Origin: Chiloscyllium plagiosum | Lineage: Eukaryota | Assembly (NCBI RefSeq): GCF_004010195.1 | Contig: NC_057728.1 | Span: 41,261,821-41,319,517, forward strand | DNA: 57,697 nucleotides | Direction of reading: 5' to 3' | Part shown: one piece after another, positions 12,787-26,366 of the stretch | Layout of the letters: the number at the start of each line of letters is the position of its first letter | Position numbering within the stretch: position 1 is the stretch's first letter | The notes under the pieces: model-generated | The model's database searches: none | Told to the model about the DNA's origin: nothing | The model's input: only the letters and a program-made list of their open reading frames with translations | Translations under genes and position numbers: made by a program

Positions 12787-13270
12787 GTTAAAAATTACAC
12801 AACACCAGCTTATAGTCCCAACAGGCTTGTTTGGAAACACTAGCTTTTGGAGTGCTTCATCAGGTGATTGTGGAGAATAAGATTGGAAGACCCAGAATTT
12901 CTAGCAAAAGTTTACAGTGTGATATAACTGAAATTATATATTGAAAAAGACCTGAATTGTTTGTTAAGTCTCTCATCTTTTAGCTGACCATGTTGGTTTT
13001 AGTTCTTTCATATGTAAATCGCAAAACTTTTTTAAATTCTCAAGTGAACATTAACAATTGGTGTCATTTCAGCCCAGATAAGGTATTGAAGTTGTTAACT
13101 CCCTGCGAGGCTGTCTGTGCCACAATGGTCAGACTGGTTCTCATCTAAAAGACAGATTTACAGAATCTTATGTGGATTCATGCAGTTTTTGAGCAAAGTA
13201 AAATGTACTTCTGCAAGTGCAAATTCACACCACAAACGTATATATGTATATGTGCATGTGGATGTGTGTC
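12787..13270 (-). mobile_element. Penelope-like pseudo-LTR / 3' region
   Basis: First ~80 bp match the 30541-30623 hammerhead-bearing terminus, with stem II partly deleted; ends in (GT)n-like sequence. Confidence 0.65.
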
Positions 13271-14410
13271 GAGGTGGTGGGGGGGGGGGATGTATGACAT
13301 GAAAGAAGATGAAATATTATTTCCTATAATTGTCTGTTCAATCATTCCTCCTACATACAAGTGCTCTTCTCCAGAAAAGAGTAGGTTGAGTGAGGGGTAA
13401 TTTTATGGAGTCTTCAGATTATGAAAGTTTGATGGGCAAAGTGTGGGAATGGTGCTGCAGCTCTGTACTGGTGACAATTCCAAAAGTAGGGAATTTGTAA
13501 TAATAATCATGTGAGCATAGGACCATGTGGAATGGCTTATGACAGGAGAGGAACCTGGAGGTGACAATATTTCCAAAACATTTCCTGTTCAGTGATCTCA
13601 TTACCCTAAAGTTCCAGCCTTTTGGAAGAATCATGGGCACAAGGCTGCAGTTGTTCAAGGAGAAAGCTCTCCACCATCAACTCAGGGATGTTAGGGACAG
13701 GCAATGATTAAGACACACTTGTTTAAAATAAATCATTCATTAATCCTTTAAGAGTATGCTTTCCTTTGATCCAGCTTATAAGCACAAATGTCTGAAGTCT
13801 GCATGTTTCAATATCTAGCCCACAGATCCTCAATTATTTATTGTATTTAAGTCATTTCTACTGATGCCTTCAACCACTGACTTTTGATCAGATATTTTTC
13901 TATAAACCATGGCAGTGCTAGAGCTACCCATTATGTGAGATTTGACAGCAAGTGTCAGCAGTTAATTTGAAGACCGACTTTAATCTTGTTCATGATTCTA
14001 TGTGCGTGCAAATATTTTCAGGTACAAGTCACTGACTAGCAAAAGAAGCTGGATTCACAGCTGATATTCCACCTCTGTGCCTGTGAAAATCAGCTAGTTT
14101 CTTATGGGCAGGTAATTGAAAATTAGGCTTTCTAGCCCATTTGGCTTGGTGGTACATTGGGCAATACTTTTGGTATCAAGGGAGCTTATCATCACCTCTT
14201 AAACTTTCTAATACTCATTATAGGTACTTACCTCTGTCAAGTGATTTTAATTTACACAATCTCCAATATATTATGGCACTGTTGAATTAATGATCCATAA
14301 ATTATGAGTTCAAAATACTGAAGAATAGATGAAAAAAACCACCAAATTCACCTTTCAATGTGAATTTTGATTTAAAGCTTGAGTGATGGCTATTTTGTAT
14401 TCTCAAACAG

Positions 14411-14556
14411 AACTGGAACATTGGAGCTGGGAGACAAGCTGCTTGCCATAGACAGCATCCGTTTAGATAACTGCTCCATGGAAGATGCAGTTCAGATCCT
14501 TCATCAGTGCGAGGAACTTGTGAAACTCAAAATACGGAAAGATGAAGACAACTCAG
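14411..14556 (+). CDS. GRIP1: GRIP1 internal coding exon (PDZ5 C-terminal half)
   Basis: aaacAG|a...tcaG|GTagaa; 146 nt, phase 2 to 1; [54 protein letters not shown] is GRIP1-type. Confidence 0.97.
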
Positions 14557-15264
14557 GTAGAAAGGAACATGTAGCTTTCTTTTAAGTTGGCAAGCATTGC
14601 AATTCAGCAATCATTCCTTAATTTCAGTCAAAGCGATTGGAGTTTTTGCCCAGTGGTCTATTGCTAACTTCAGCAAGATATGTGGGAAAGCTGCATAGGC
14701 ATTATTCTGTGACTCTTACAGTAAGTTTTTGAAAAGGACGAACATTCACAGTTATCCATTTTGCTGCCCATGCATGTATTTTCTTAATAAATTTAAGCAT
14801 CATTAAGGTGCTGCCAACCTATTTGTTCAACTGATTCTCATGAATATTGAATGAAAATGCAAGTTGCACATTTTAGTTATCAATATATGGAGGTTTAAAT
14901 TGAAAGATTAGGATGTGACCAAGTACTTGTAATTGGACAGATAATGAAATTAGTTGGAAAATGCCAGATTATAAAGATCAAAGGTAAAAACCAAACACTT
15001 GAATCATGAATGGGTCCAGTTATTCACTGAAGCCATTCAGTAAGAATCTTGAATTTGTGTTCAGATTATTGGACTTACATTCTCTTTTATTGTGGCTGAT
15101 GTTAAAGTGTGAGATTTATAAAATTATTGTAAAATAATGAGTCAAATTGCAGGAAGCCTACACTTGTGAGATGGAGCTTTGAGTTAGCCAAGAGAGCTCC
15201 GACATAACCCTATTTACCTACAAATGTGCACTCCTATTTTAAAAAAAAACATAAGTAATGAAGG

Positions 15265-18200
15265 TATAAGATTTACAAACAGAAGAAGTCAATTCAACCC
15301 ATCGAGTCTGTTCTGCTATTCAGTTTGATTATGGCCAGTCTGATAGTCATCAACTTCACTTTCCTGCATTTTTCCTCATATATCCCTTGATTCCCCTCTT
15401 GGTTAAATATTGGTTTATTCTCAGCTTTGAATAAACTTAATGATCCAGCTTCCCGTGTTCTGTGCAGTAAAGAATTCTATAGATTCACTACCTTCTCAAA
15501 ACAGAAGTTTCTCTTCATCTCCATCTTAAATGTGTGACTCCTTTCTCTGAGTTAGCCTTTCTGGTTGTCTCTTCTACAAAGGGCAACATCCTCTCCATCT
15601 TTTTCCTGTCAACCCCTTAAGTGTCATAAATGTCTCATTGGGCACCTCTCCTCCTTCTATACTACAGGAAGTACAAGCCCAACCTATTCAGCTTCTCATG
15701 AGAAAATCCCTTCATACCCAGGATTAATCTTGTGAGCCTTTCCTGGGCTGCCTCCAATACCAGTATATATTTCCATAAAATAATGGGACCGAAACAGATC
15801 ATAATATTCTAAGTGTGGCCTGACTAGTGCCTTGTAGTGTTTTAAGAAGACTTCACTATTTTTGTAGTTTATTCCCTATGAAACCAAGGGCAACATTCTA
15901 TTTATTTTCCTACTACCTGCTAGACTGGAATGCTTTTTTTTGTAATTTATGCAGAAAGACTTCTAAATCCTTCTGTGCTGCAACTTTTTTGCAGTTCTTT
16001 CGCTAATCAAATAATAATTAGCTCCTCTATTCTTTCTGCCAAAGTATTTTTTGCCCCCTCGCCTTATCTACATACCTCTTCAGACTCTTTGTCATGTTCA
16101 CCACTTGCCTTCCCACCTATTTTTGTGTTATTAGCAAATTTAGCTATAGTGTATACACGCCATCCAGACCATTACATATATTGTAAACATTTGTGGTGCC
16201 AGCCCTGATCCTTGTGGCACTTCAATAGCTACAAGTTACATCCAGAATTTACCTCTTTTATCTCAATTCATTGGCTAATCCTCTATCCTTGCTGAAGTAC
16301 TGTCTCCAAAACACCATGGATATTATGATGTAGCATCATGTGCAATGCATTATTGAAAACCTTTGGAGATCCAAATATATTACTTCCACTTATTTTCCTT
16401 TATTCCTTTTTACTTCCTCAAAAAATTCTAATAAATTTTTCAGACATGGTTTCCCCTTCTTGAAGCCATGCCGACTCTGCTTAATTATATTATGCATTTC
16501 TGTGTGTTGTACTTAAAGTAGACTATACTACTTTCCCAATGCCAGATGTTAAGCCAACTGGCCTATGATTACTTTTTTTCTCCCTTTTTGGATAAGGGTA
16601 TTTTTTAGTTTTCCAGTCTTCTGTGACTTGTCCAAAAACATCCTTCCCTACTACCATATATATCTTTGTTATGAGTCATGAACTGGTCAGACCATATTTG
16701 GAATATTGTGCGCAAGTTTTAGGTCCCATATGTCAGCAAGGATGTACTGGCTCTGGAGTGTGCTCAGAGGAGGTTCACGGGAATGATCCCAGGAATAAAA
16801 ACTTAACATATGAAGAACATTTGAAGACTCTGGGTCTATATTTGATGGAGTTAGAAGAATGAAGAGGGATCTAATTGAAACATACAGAATATTAAATGCC
16901 TGGACAGAGTAAATGTTTCCATTTGTAGGAGAGCCTGGGACCCGAGGGCACAGCCTTAGAATGAAAGGAAGCCCTTTTAGAACAGAGATAAGGAGAAACC
17001 TCTTTAGCGAGAGCAAGGTGAATCTGTGGAATTCATTGCTACAGAAGGCTGTGGAGGCCAGGTCATTGAGTATATTCAAGAGTGAGATAGATTAGATTCT
17101 TGAGTATCAAGGGTTATGGAAGAAAGTGGGAGAATGGGGTTGAGAAATGTATCAGCCATGATTGAATGGCAGAGCAGACTCAATGGCCTAATTTTTGCTC
17201 TTATGTCTTATGGTCTAACTACTTAAATGTCTATCATTATTTTTCAACTGTCTTTTCTGCTAAACTTGCTTCTAGTCCACTTTGTAATTATCCTTATTTA
17301 AGTTTAATCATTTGTTTTCAACCCAAGTTTCTTACCTGAAACTGAATGCTAAATTCTGAAATTTTATTGTTAGTGTTTCCAAGAGGATCTTTTACTCTGA
17401 GATCATTTATTAAACCTGCCTCATTGCACATTACCATTTCCAAAATAGCCTCCTCTCAGGTTGGAGCGACAACATTTCTGTTCCAAGAAACTGTCTATGG
17501 CTACTTCTGGCCATTTGATTTTCCCAATCTACCTGAAGATTAAAGTCACCCACGGTCAATGTAGTAATTTTTTTGCATGCCCAAAATGATCTCCTGGTTT
17601 ATTCTGTGATCCACAGTACAGTTACTGTTAGGTGGCCTATAAACTACTCCCACGAATGTTGCATTCTCCCTTTGTTATTTCTTGCATCTACCCATGTAAA
17701 TATTATATCTTCTGATCCAAGATAATTTCTAGCTACTGCATTTGCCATTCTGTACTAACACTGCTACCCCATCATTATTTTCTTTCTACCTCACCTTTCA
17801 ACAAATCACATCTCCCTGAAGATTTTGTTCCCATCTTGTCCTTGTCACCATGTCTCTGTAATGGCTAGAAGATCATACCCATTAACCTCTATTTGTGTAA
17901 TTAGTTCATTTCCTTATTTCATTTATTTTGTCCCACATACTAAGTGCAATTCAGTAAAGACCCATTAATTTTGCCATTTTGTCACTTTTCCTCCTTTGAC
18001 TGCATTTGCTGTCTTTTAATTTTGTACATTCTGTTCCGCACTCTGAGTATCATTATTTTAAGTAGCTGCCTTAACCTTTTGCTCAGTAAGAATTCACATG
18101 CATCCCTTCTCCGGACCCCCTGAACTCCCACTCCAATTTGTTCAACATCCTCTCTACAGCCCTAGTTATTGGATTTACTCGGACACTGATCCCAGCATAG

Positions 18201-18280
18201 TTGAAGTGAAACTTGAGATACCAGATCAGCCCCCTTCATCCCAGCACTGGTGTTAGTTCCCTTTGGACAGAAATTCAACC
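15265..18280 (-). mobile_element. Ancient, heavily decayed long CR1 (3' end, RT, endonuclease, possibly ORF1 end)
   Basis: 3' tail near 15270; RT remnants to about 16630; minus-strand GDFNLQVDW and VVYRPPNS at about 17520-17655; interrupted by 16678-17218. Confidence 0.65.
16678..17218 (+). mobile_element. CR1 3' fragment inserted in an older CR1
   Basis: LVRPYLEYCAQ, TRGHSLR, VNLWNSL; tail tcttatgtcttatggtct. Confidence 0.9.
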
Positions 18281-18788
18281 CAATATGTGAAATGATGCTT
18301 TTATTTTCCAAATGTTTCACATTTTTATAATTATCACTTTATAGTGGCCAGAATGAACACTCTTGATGAGTTGTGCATCATTTTGCATTGGTCCCAGGAG
18401 TACTGAATGTCTACTTTAGAGACCGAGTACTATAACAAAATTTGACTTTCTAGCATCATTCGAAGTAAAAAGAGCAAACTCTTTTTGGTACTTCAAAATA
18501 TAAGTTACCAATGAAAGGAAAATAGTGTTTATCTAATAGTTTTTTATTGGTCATTGATGCTGTAAGTATTATTTTTAAAAAGCTACATCTTGACCTGTAC
18601 GCCTTTCAGCTACCAACTGGAAGTTTGATTTTCTCTTTAAACAATTATCAACCCCGAAGACAATTTAGAACTTAGCAATGTCGAAAGTGCTGGCTAATCG
18701 GTCAGAACTCCTTCATTAGGTAACCAAATCATCTTAACTGGAGCTAAATGATATGATATTTTTATTACTGATGCAACAAGAATTCTCA

Positions 18789-19005
18789 TTTCACATCCTC
18801 ATGATGTCCTAAAGCATTCACAGCTAAGAAGTTATTTTTAGTCACTTATGTATGTAAAGAAGCAAAAGTGAAATCTATTTCTGGTGGAGTTATTGAAGGA
18901 TATGTGGGCTCACACACCAGGAGATCTCCTTTGCTCACCTTTGAGAATTGCCAATGCTTCTTTTACAACAGTAGTGCCTTGATTTAATGTCTCATCGAAA
19001 AGATG
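18789..19005 (-). mobile_element. DeuSINE-like (AmnSINE1/SacSINE1-related) fragment
   Basis: gccttgatttaatgtctcatcgaaaagatg and gatgtcctaaagcattcacagc resemble the reverse-strand Deu domain and tail as recalled; not aligned. Confidence 0.55.
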
Positions 19006-19730
19006 AATTATACAGGAAAGTTACCACATGGGTTTCCTGCTAATTCTTTGTAACCTCAGCAAAATCACAGAAATACTGGATGAGTGGCACAGTGCTAGAA
19101 TCATAGAATCTTACAGTGCAGAACAGGTCCTTGGCCCATTGAGTCCACACCGACACATAAGAAACATCTGACCTATATTTACCTTGCAAATGATTCCACA
19201 GCTCTTCTACTGAAGCCACTGTGGACAAATGGAAAAGCCCCTGTGAAAGGTCACTCTCTAATTGTTTCATATATTTCAAACAACAGCCAGTCATAGCACT
19301 AAGACTTCAACCAAAACAAATGAAACTGGATGGTTTTGTCACTGAGTGATCCACTTTTTAATGCTTAGCTCCAAGAAAAATCACATGTTTTGAGATTTTA
19401 AATAGATTTAATTATGAAGGATACAGTCTTAAGTTAGCCCTGTGTTAAATATACTTATCTATTGACAGCCCAATGAGTAAGGCATAGAATGAAACATGCT
19501 GAAACTTGTGTTTTTTTTCTCACTTCTTGACCCAAGTATTTTAGGATAAAATGCCTGACTGTCCCCAAAAGGGACAAACATAAAATTAAATGAACACCAA
19601 TTTATATAATCTAGGCCTAAAAAGGCAGGAGAGTGTAAGAACAATTTTACCAATCAACTCTCTCTTTTAGTTGCATAGTGTAGGAAAGCTCTGGTGTACA
19701 AGTTGATTCTGTGTTTCCTTGAGCTATTGA

Positions 19731-19951
19731 AGACAAAAATTGCTGGTAATCGCAACAGTTCAAGCAGCATTCGCAGAGAGAGAGCAAGCTAACATTTTGA
19801 ATCTAGATGCCTCTTCAGAGCTGTGAAGAAGAGTCATCTGGACTTGAAACATTAGCTTGCTGTCTGTCCATGGATGCTGCCAAACTCACTGTGATTTCTA
19901 GCATTTTTCATTTTGAGTACAGAATCTCGTTTCTGCAGTAATTTGCTCCTA
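19731..19951. mobile_element. Palindromic Penelope-derived mini element with twin decayed hammerheads
   Basis: Inverted arms centred on agct (19819-19822); plus gctgTGAAGAagagtcatctggacttGAAAcattagc. Confidence 0.7.
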
Positions 19952-20419
19952 CTTTGTTTAAACTATATTTGGCATAGACCTTCATCTATTACTAAAACAT
20001 TACTCAAGATGGTACCCCAAACTGCTTAAAATAACTGAAAAACAATGGGATCCCTCCAGAGTTTCATTTTTGAAAAGAATCATAAATATGGAAAAGTAAA
20101 AGGTGAAATTAAATGTGATAACTATAAAATAAATTGAAATGAGCGTGGAAGTGGCTTTGGCTATTCACATGTTAAGGAGATTGAAATTATCTTCCTCTTC
20201 AAATGTGCATCTTCAAAATCTTTGGAATTTTGCACAAAATTGATACAGGTAAACAGTACACAATTAAAAAGGTTTTAATACCTGGAGATGTAAATTTAAA
20301 TTGAAAAAATTAGCTGCAAGAAAGACCCCCATTATGGAGAGGGTAAGAGTTTTACTACAATTTACTGGAAAGGTCTTTGAGATGGCTAAGTGTTTCAATA
20401 GGCAGTTCAGTCTTTTTTT

Positions 20420-20598
20420 GATTAGATTAGATTCCCTACAGTGTGGAAACAGGCCCTTCGGCCCAACCGACCCTCTGAAGAGTGACCCACCCAGACCCAT
20501 TTCCCTCTGACTAATGCATCTAGTTTTATGGGCAATTTAGCTTGGCCAATTCACCTAACCTTTGGACTGTCGGAGGAAACCGGAGCAACTGGAGGAAA
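20420..20598 (-). mobile_element. HE1-type V-SINE, 3' half
   Basis: (attag)n tail, gtgtggaaacaggccc, ggaggaaaccggagca. Confidence 0.85.
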
Positions 20599-21676
20599 GC
20601 TGGGAGAGTTGGGGGGTGGGGGTGCGGAGTCATGTAGTGAATAGGTGGGGGATCTCATTTCGAGACTGGTTTAGTTATGCTCCAATTGATTTGTTTAATG
20701 TCTTTTTAGAAATCTGAACTTGCATCATTGAGTTTTAATGCAATTGAGCTGAGTTTGTGTTTTGATGCACTTAACAAGAATATTGCATTCGTATGAGGAA
20801 GTTTTCTGCAGTCACTAAGGCAGTTGTGTGTTCAAAAACAACAGCTAGAAGATCATTGTAACCCCTTTAGCAAAACATAGAGGATTTGCTATGTTGGTTT
20901 TTGACATTGTTATTATATAAAATGGTGCCACAGCAGAACCCTTCTGAGTCATATTGACTGAGTAGGAATACACTCTGATACTTATTCATTCATCACAGTG
21001 TCTTTGCAGAAGAACTTATAATTTGTTGTCAATGGTGCATAATTAAATGTCACAATCATTTCAGAGGTATATTATTCAGCAATGTAAAAATAATTGAAGA
21101 GCATTGTTAATTCTTTACTGTAGGCATGGAATATTCATTATAATGAGCTGAGGTGAATTGAGCACATTTTAACATAATAAATTTGACCTGTCGGGGTTTT
21201 TTATCTAATGGCAGTCTACGTATTTATCGAGGTTTATTTTGCACAAAGCAATTTTATTTTGATGGATTGGATAAGTCCTGGTATTTCTTTTAAATGGAGA
21301 GGTGGAAACTGTGTCCACATGCCTCCATGAAGCTCATTTAGACAGAAATTCCTCAGGTTCTGCCTGGTACCTTGCAAGACTCCACTGATCCTATCCAACA
21401 GATACATGCAAACCTGGTGGCAGGAAATTGTAGCAAGAGACCAATTGCACTGGGAGGTGATCAACACGGAGGGTTGGGGGAATGAGGAAGGGAACAAATT
21501 TGTCTCTCTCAAAGTGATGCCACTTAGAATTGTTACAATAGTGCACTAGGATTAGAAGCACTGTGCCCACAGCTATGTTCACAGTTTCATTTTTGAATAC
21601 TTTAGGGATGTGACTATTGGCTTATGATTTGACAGTTGACTGTGTTATTATCCAACAAGGAATATGTTAGAAAGAA

Positions 21677-21890
21677 TGAGGTAAAGTCGCCACAATCCCA
21701 CTGACCGTAGAGCTTCTCTCATTAGAGAAAGGTGACTGGTGGTGGTTTAATCTGAGGGTCACCACACCTCGGGCGATAGAAGCGATTGAGAAGGAGAGTC
21801 CTTCACAATAACCTCAGCAAGTGTGGGGATTGGACCCATGCTGTTGGCAGTCATCTGCATGAAAAACCAGCTGTCCAACCAACTGAACAC
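21677..21890 (-). mobile_element. tRNA-derived SINE of a further family
   Basis: Minus head ttcagttggttggacagctgg ... gggtccaatcccc; homologous to 49362-49545. Confidence 0.6.
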
Positions 21891-22064
21891 TGCTCATGGC
21901 TCCAGGGAGAAAAGGAGGCATTAAATTACATATGAAGAATCCAAACGTCATCCTTTTGTGGAGTAAACCGAGGAATTGGGCCACTCAGATCTGATCTCGC
22001 ATGCCCTTAGTTCAAACATGGACAAGAAAGCTGAACTGCATAGTTGAGGTGAGAGGGCCACTAA

Positions 22065-22510
22065 TGATATATCATTGTTTACAAAAGGAACAAAGGATAA
22101 ATGAAATAAATCCAGGGCAGTTGGACTAACCTCAGTAGTGGGCAAATTATTGGAGTCAAAACTGTACTTAGAAAGGTACAGATAGCCAAGGACAGTCAGC
22201 ATTGATTTGCTAAAGGCAGATAGTGTCTGACTAATTAATGTGGTCAACATAAATTTCACTAAGGCTTTTGACCAGGTTCCACTTTGCATACTACTTAATA
22301 GGTGCAAAGTCCATGGGAATAGGGGAATGTAGTAAGCTGGATACAAAATTGGTTCAATGGTAGGAACAAACAGTAATTGATAGGTGTTGTTGTGACTGGA
22401 AGGTTGTTTCCAGTGGACTTATGCAGTGTTCAGTACTAGGACTCCTCATGCTCATGGTCTATACTAACCATTTAGATGTAAATACAGGGGGAATAATCAC
22501 AAAGTTTTCC
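22065..22510 (+). mobile_element. Degraded CR1 RT fragment
   Basis: LTSVVGKLLE, FTKAFDQVP, MQCSVLGLL remnants. Confidence 0.7.
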
Positions 22511-22529
22511 TTTGGTTTGTTAATATTAT

Positions 22530-22692
22530 TTTGGAAAGGAAATCTGCCATCCTTATTGTCCTGGCCTACATGTAACTGCAGATGCACAGCAGTGTGCATG
22601 ACTTCCAGCTGCCCTCTAATATGGTTTAGCAAACCAGTCCATTTCAAATGCTGACCTTGCCAGTAATTCCCACCTTCTGTGAACAAATAAAG
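22530..22692 (+). mobile_element. SINE 3' half (family of 6515-6848)
   Basis: ggaaggaaatctgccatcctta...aaatgctgaccttgccagt...aaataaa. Confidence 0.65.
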
Positions 22693-23423
22693 GAATAATA
22701 TATTATGGTCACTGTGCACCTTGAATGTTTGAAGTATGCCTTCCTGTTCACTGAGCACAGAATCAGGTTGGCCACATTTGTGTTTCAGGCAAAAAGCCAG
22801 TGAAACAAAGACAAGGATTGGATCTTGAGAGAAATTACATATAATGGAGTTTAATCGATTGTTGCTTTTATTTGACATGAATTATTGCTGAAGTAAAATA
22901 TTTATTCAATGCAACTTAATTCAATCTGATTAGACCAATTAGACTTCGCCTAGCTCCATGACAGTTGATGATACTTCAAACTGCTGTATCAAGTGTTCAG
23001 TGCGTCAGCTTCCTTTTATTAAGTGCAACCTTAATTCACATTTGCTCTATATATGTTTTTGGGTCTCTTGTGTTATTTATAATGTTTAGTTCATATCATG
23101 AGCGTTTTAAATTTTGGTCAGAAATGCCCTGTATTTTAATCTTTGGTGTTTGGAGGGATGTGGGTGAAAAAACAATCTCGAATCGGGCAAAATCATTTCC
23201 ATGTCTCAATCTCCGAGCAGATTGTTTGAATCCCAGTGGGGTTTGTGTGGTTCACAATTTTTGTGAAAATTATTTTCACAAAAAGAGAATTATTAATTTT
23301 AGTGCTAGACGTTTCACACTAAAGATGTAAAACAGTTCCAAGTTTAAATGAAGGCACTTAGCACATGCCAACAGATTAACTATGTAAATAAGATTCTCCA
23401 TTTGGTAGTATTTTTTGTTCTTC

Positions 23424-23647
23424 GAGATAGTGAGGACTGCAGATGCTGGAAAGTTAGCATCGATAGAGTGAGGAGCAGGAGAAAACACAGCAGGCCACGC
23501 AGCATCAGAAGAGCAGGAGAGTTGATGTTTCAGGCAGTACCCTTAATCAGGACTATTAAAGGGTCCTGCCTGAAATGTTGACTCTCCTGCTGTTCTGATG
23601 CTGCTTGACCCGCTGTGCTTTTTCGAGCTCCACAATTTATTGAATCT
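23424..23647. mobile_element. Palindromic Penelope-derived mini element with twin decayed hammerheads
   Basis: Starts gtgaggactgcagatgctgga like the 11033 and 50403 elements; inverted arms; decayed cores at 23521-23553 (-) and 23553-23582 (+). Confidence 0.75.
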
Positions 23648-23670
23648 AATATTCTTGGTTCAAGTTGTAA

Positions 23671-23895
<225 letters not shown>

Positions 23896-24637
23896 TAAGG
23901 AGCAAAATCTCTTCTTTCTGCAAATAGTGCACAGCTCTCCCCAGTCACCTATGTCAGCCAAGTCTGGGAAGCCGTGTTCAAGGCTGCCTCTTCCCAAAGA
24001 AAGAAGAGAATGTTAAAGAATGTCAGCTGTGCCTGCATTTATGTGAAGCAAATGCATGAACTATGTAACTGAGTAACTCGCAGGACTCAATGAATTTGGG
24101 AGTGCTTTGTAACCATGTTTAACCCATAATTTACTTGAATGTTTAAAATGTATATCTATGCTTGGCCTGTAATCTCCTGTGCATCATGAGATTATCCAGA
24201 TATATGGTGTACTGATATGAGAATGCTGTGTCCTATATAATCCTTTGATATTTGTAAATATTGCAGGCATTTTAGCTTGTTTTAACAAGATGGGGAAAAT
24301 AGCTTACTTAATAGATGCATGATGTATTAGGTGTTTGCATTGGACACATCAGTAGATTATTGAAGAGTTAGCAGTGAGTATTTCTAAAATGCTGGGAAAA
24401 TTGGTTTCATGTCTATCTGAATTATTAAAGGCCCCTCACTATTCCCCAGCCCTCTTTGAAGAAACCTATTTAGACTGAAATAATGATTTAGATTTATTCT
24501 CCGAAATGTAATTCACACACTGGTTATTTATTGTCTCAAAACGTGATTGTCATTCTGGCATTGTTAATTTTATGCTCAATAAAACTGTGATAAATCAGAC
24601 TCAATGCATGAAGCTAACACAGCCCTTGCACATATAA

Positions 24638-24910
<273 letters not shown>

Positions 24911-24974
24911 TGAGATTAAAACTGCTGTTTTACTTTAGGAATTATGGAAATCAAGGTTACATGAAGAGTTAAGT

Positions 24975-25191
24975 AAAACAATGCTGGAAATCTAAAAGAG
25001 AAAGCACTGGAGAAGCTCAGCAGGTCTGGCAGCATTTGTAGTGAGAAAGCAGAGTTAACGTATTGGGACTGGTGACCCTTCCTCAGAAGACCCTTCTAAA
25101 GAAGGGTCACTGGACCCAAAACATTAACTCAGCTTTTTCTCAACAGATGCTGCCAGACTTGCTGAATTTCTGCAGCAATTTCTGTTTTTGT
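24975..25191. mobile_element. Palindromic Penelope-derived mini element with twin decayed hammerheads
   Basis: Inverted arms; minus ttCTGAGGAagggtcaccagtcccaatacgttaac; plus ttCTaAAGAagggtcactggacccaAAAcattaac. Confidence 0.75.
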
Positions 25192-25499
25192 CACAGGAAT
25201 AGTCACCTGGTTCTTGTTAAAATAGTTAGCTTTTTTGACAGACTTTTGGGGACTGTCTACTCTGAGGCTTCCAAATAGATCCAAGTTACAGTCAGTTGAT
25301 TTCTTTAATACTGTAAACAAACTGCCAACTAACTCCAAGCAAAAAGAGGGGAGGTTTTATTCCTTAATTTGTGGATGGACTTAAGCCTGGTCCTTAACAT
25401 ATAAGTACCACACCAGATGACTTTATTTTGAAATGGTCAAATTTTAAAGATATATTCTTTGATTTTCAGATACAATTTTGGTTGTCTATGTTTTCACAG

Positions 25500-25685
25500 T
25501 GTCCAGTCCTAAAAAATCATCAATTTCTGGACGGCTAAGTGAATTGAGTGATGTGGAAGATGAAATTCCCACTGTACAGAAGCCAGCCAAGCTTTCTGAG
25601 ATGTACTCTGCTACGATCCCCAGTGTGGACAGTGCAGTGGAATCCTGGGATGGGTCAGGCATAGACACAGGCTATGGAAGTCAAG
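25500..25685 (+). CDS. GRIP1: GRIP1 internal coding exon (PDZ6-PDZ7 linker)
   Basis: tttcacAG|tg...caaG|GTaaca; 186 nt, phase 1 to 1; SSPKK...[22 protein letters not shown] matches the GRIP linker motif; a second in-frame AG lies 30 nt upstream. Confidence 0.92.
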
Positions 25686-26366
25686 GTAACAGTTAAGTTG
25701 TACTTTATTAATTGTTCGTGAGATGTTGATGTCACTGGCAGGTCCAGTATTTATTGCTTATCCTTTTAAAAACTTTTGGTACACTAAATCAAGATGCTTT
25801 GAGGAAAGTCTTAACCAAACTTGGATATACATGATAAAGGCACAAAAGTAGACCATTTTGCCCCTCCAGTTGTTTTGCCATTCAATAAAATTAAGGCTGA
25901 TCTGTTTGTGTTTTGCATTCCACATTTCCATCCACCCCTTATTTCCCTGCTAAACGAGAATGTATCTACCTTAGTCTTAAGTATTCAATGACCCCACTGC
26001 TGCCACCTTCTGAGGCAGAATGCCAAAGTCTCAACTCTGACAGAAAAACAAATTCTCCCCATCTCTGACCTAAAAGGCCAATGCTGAATTGTAACAGTTA
26101 TCCAAAAGGAAACATCCTTTCTGTGTCCACCTTATTAAACCATTCTGGATCTTCTGCACTTCAGTCAATCATCTCTCAAATTGTCTTAAATCCCAGAGAA
26201 AACAAGTCCAGCCTCCCCAGCTTAACCTAATAAGACAACCCAATCATTCCAGGCATCAATCTATTGAATCTCCTCTGAATCACCTCTAATGAACCTTGAG
26301 TAAGGAGAGTTGAAAATGTGTTGCTGGAAAAGCGCAGCAGGTCAGGCAGCATCCAAGGAGCAGGAG

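Noticed and set aside
14022..14111. Candidate 90-nt cassette exon (ttttcAG...cagGTaatt)
   Set aside because: In-frame TGA at 14062-14064 and no recognisable GRIP homology; splice-like motifs alone are insufficient.
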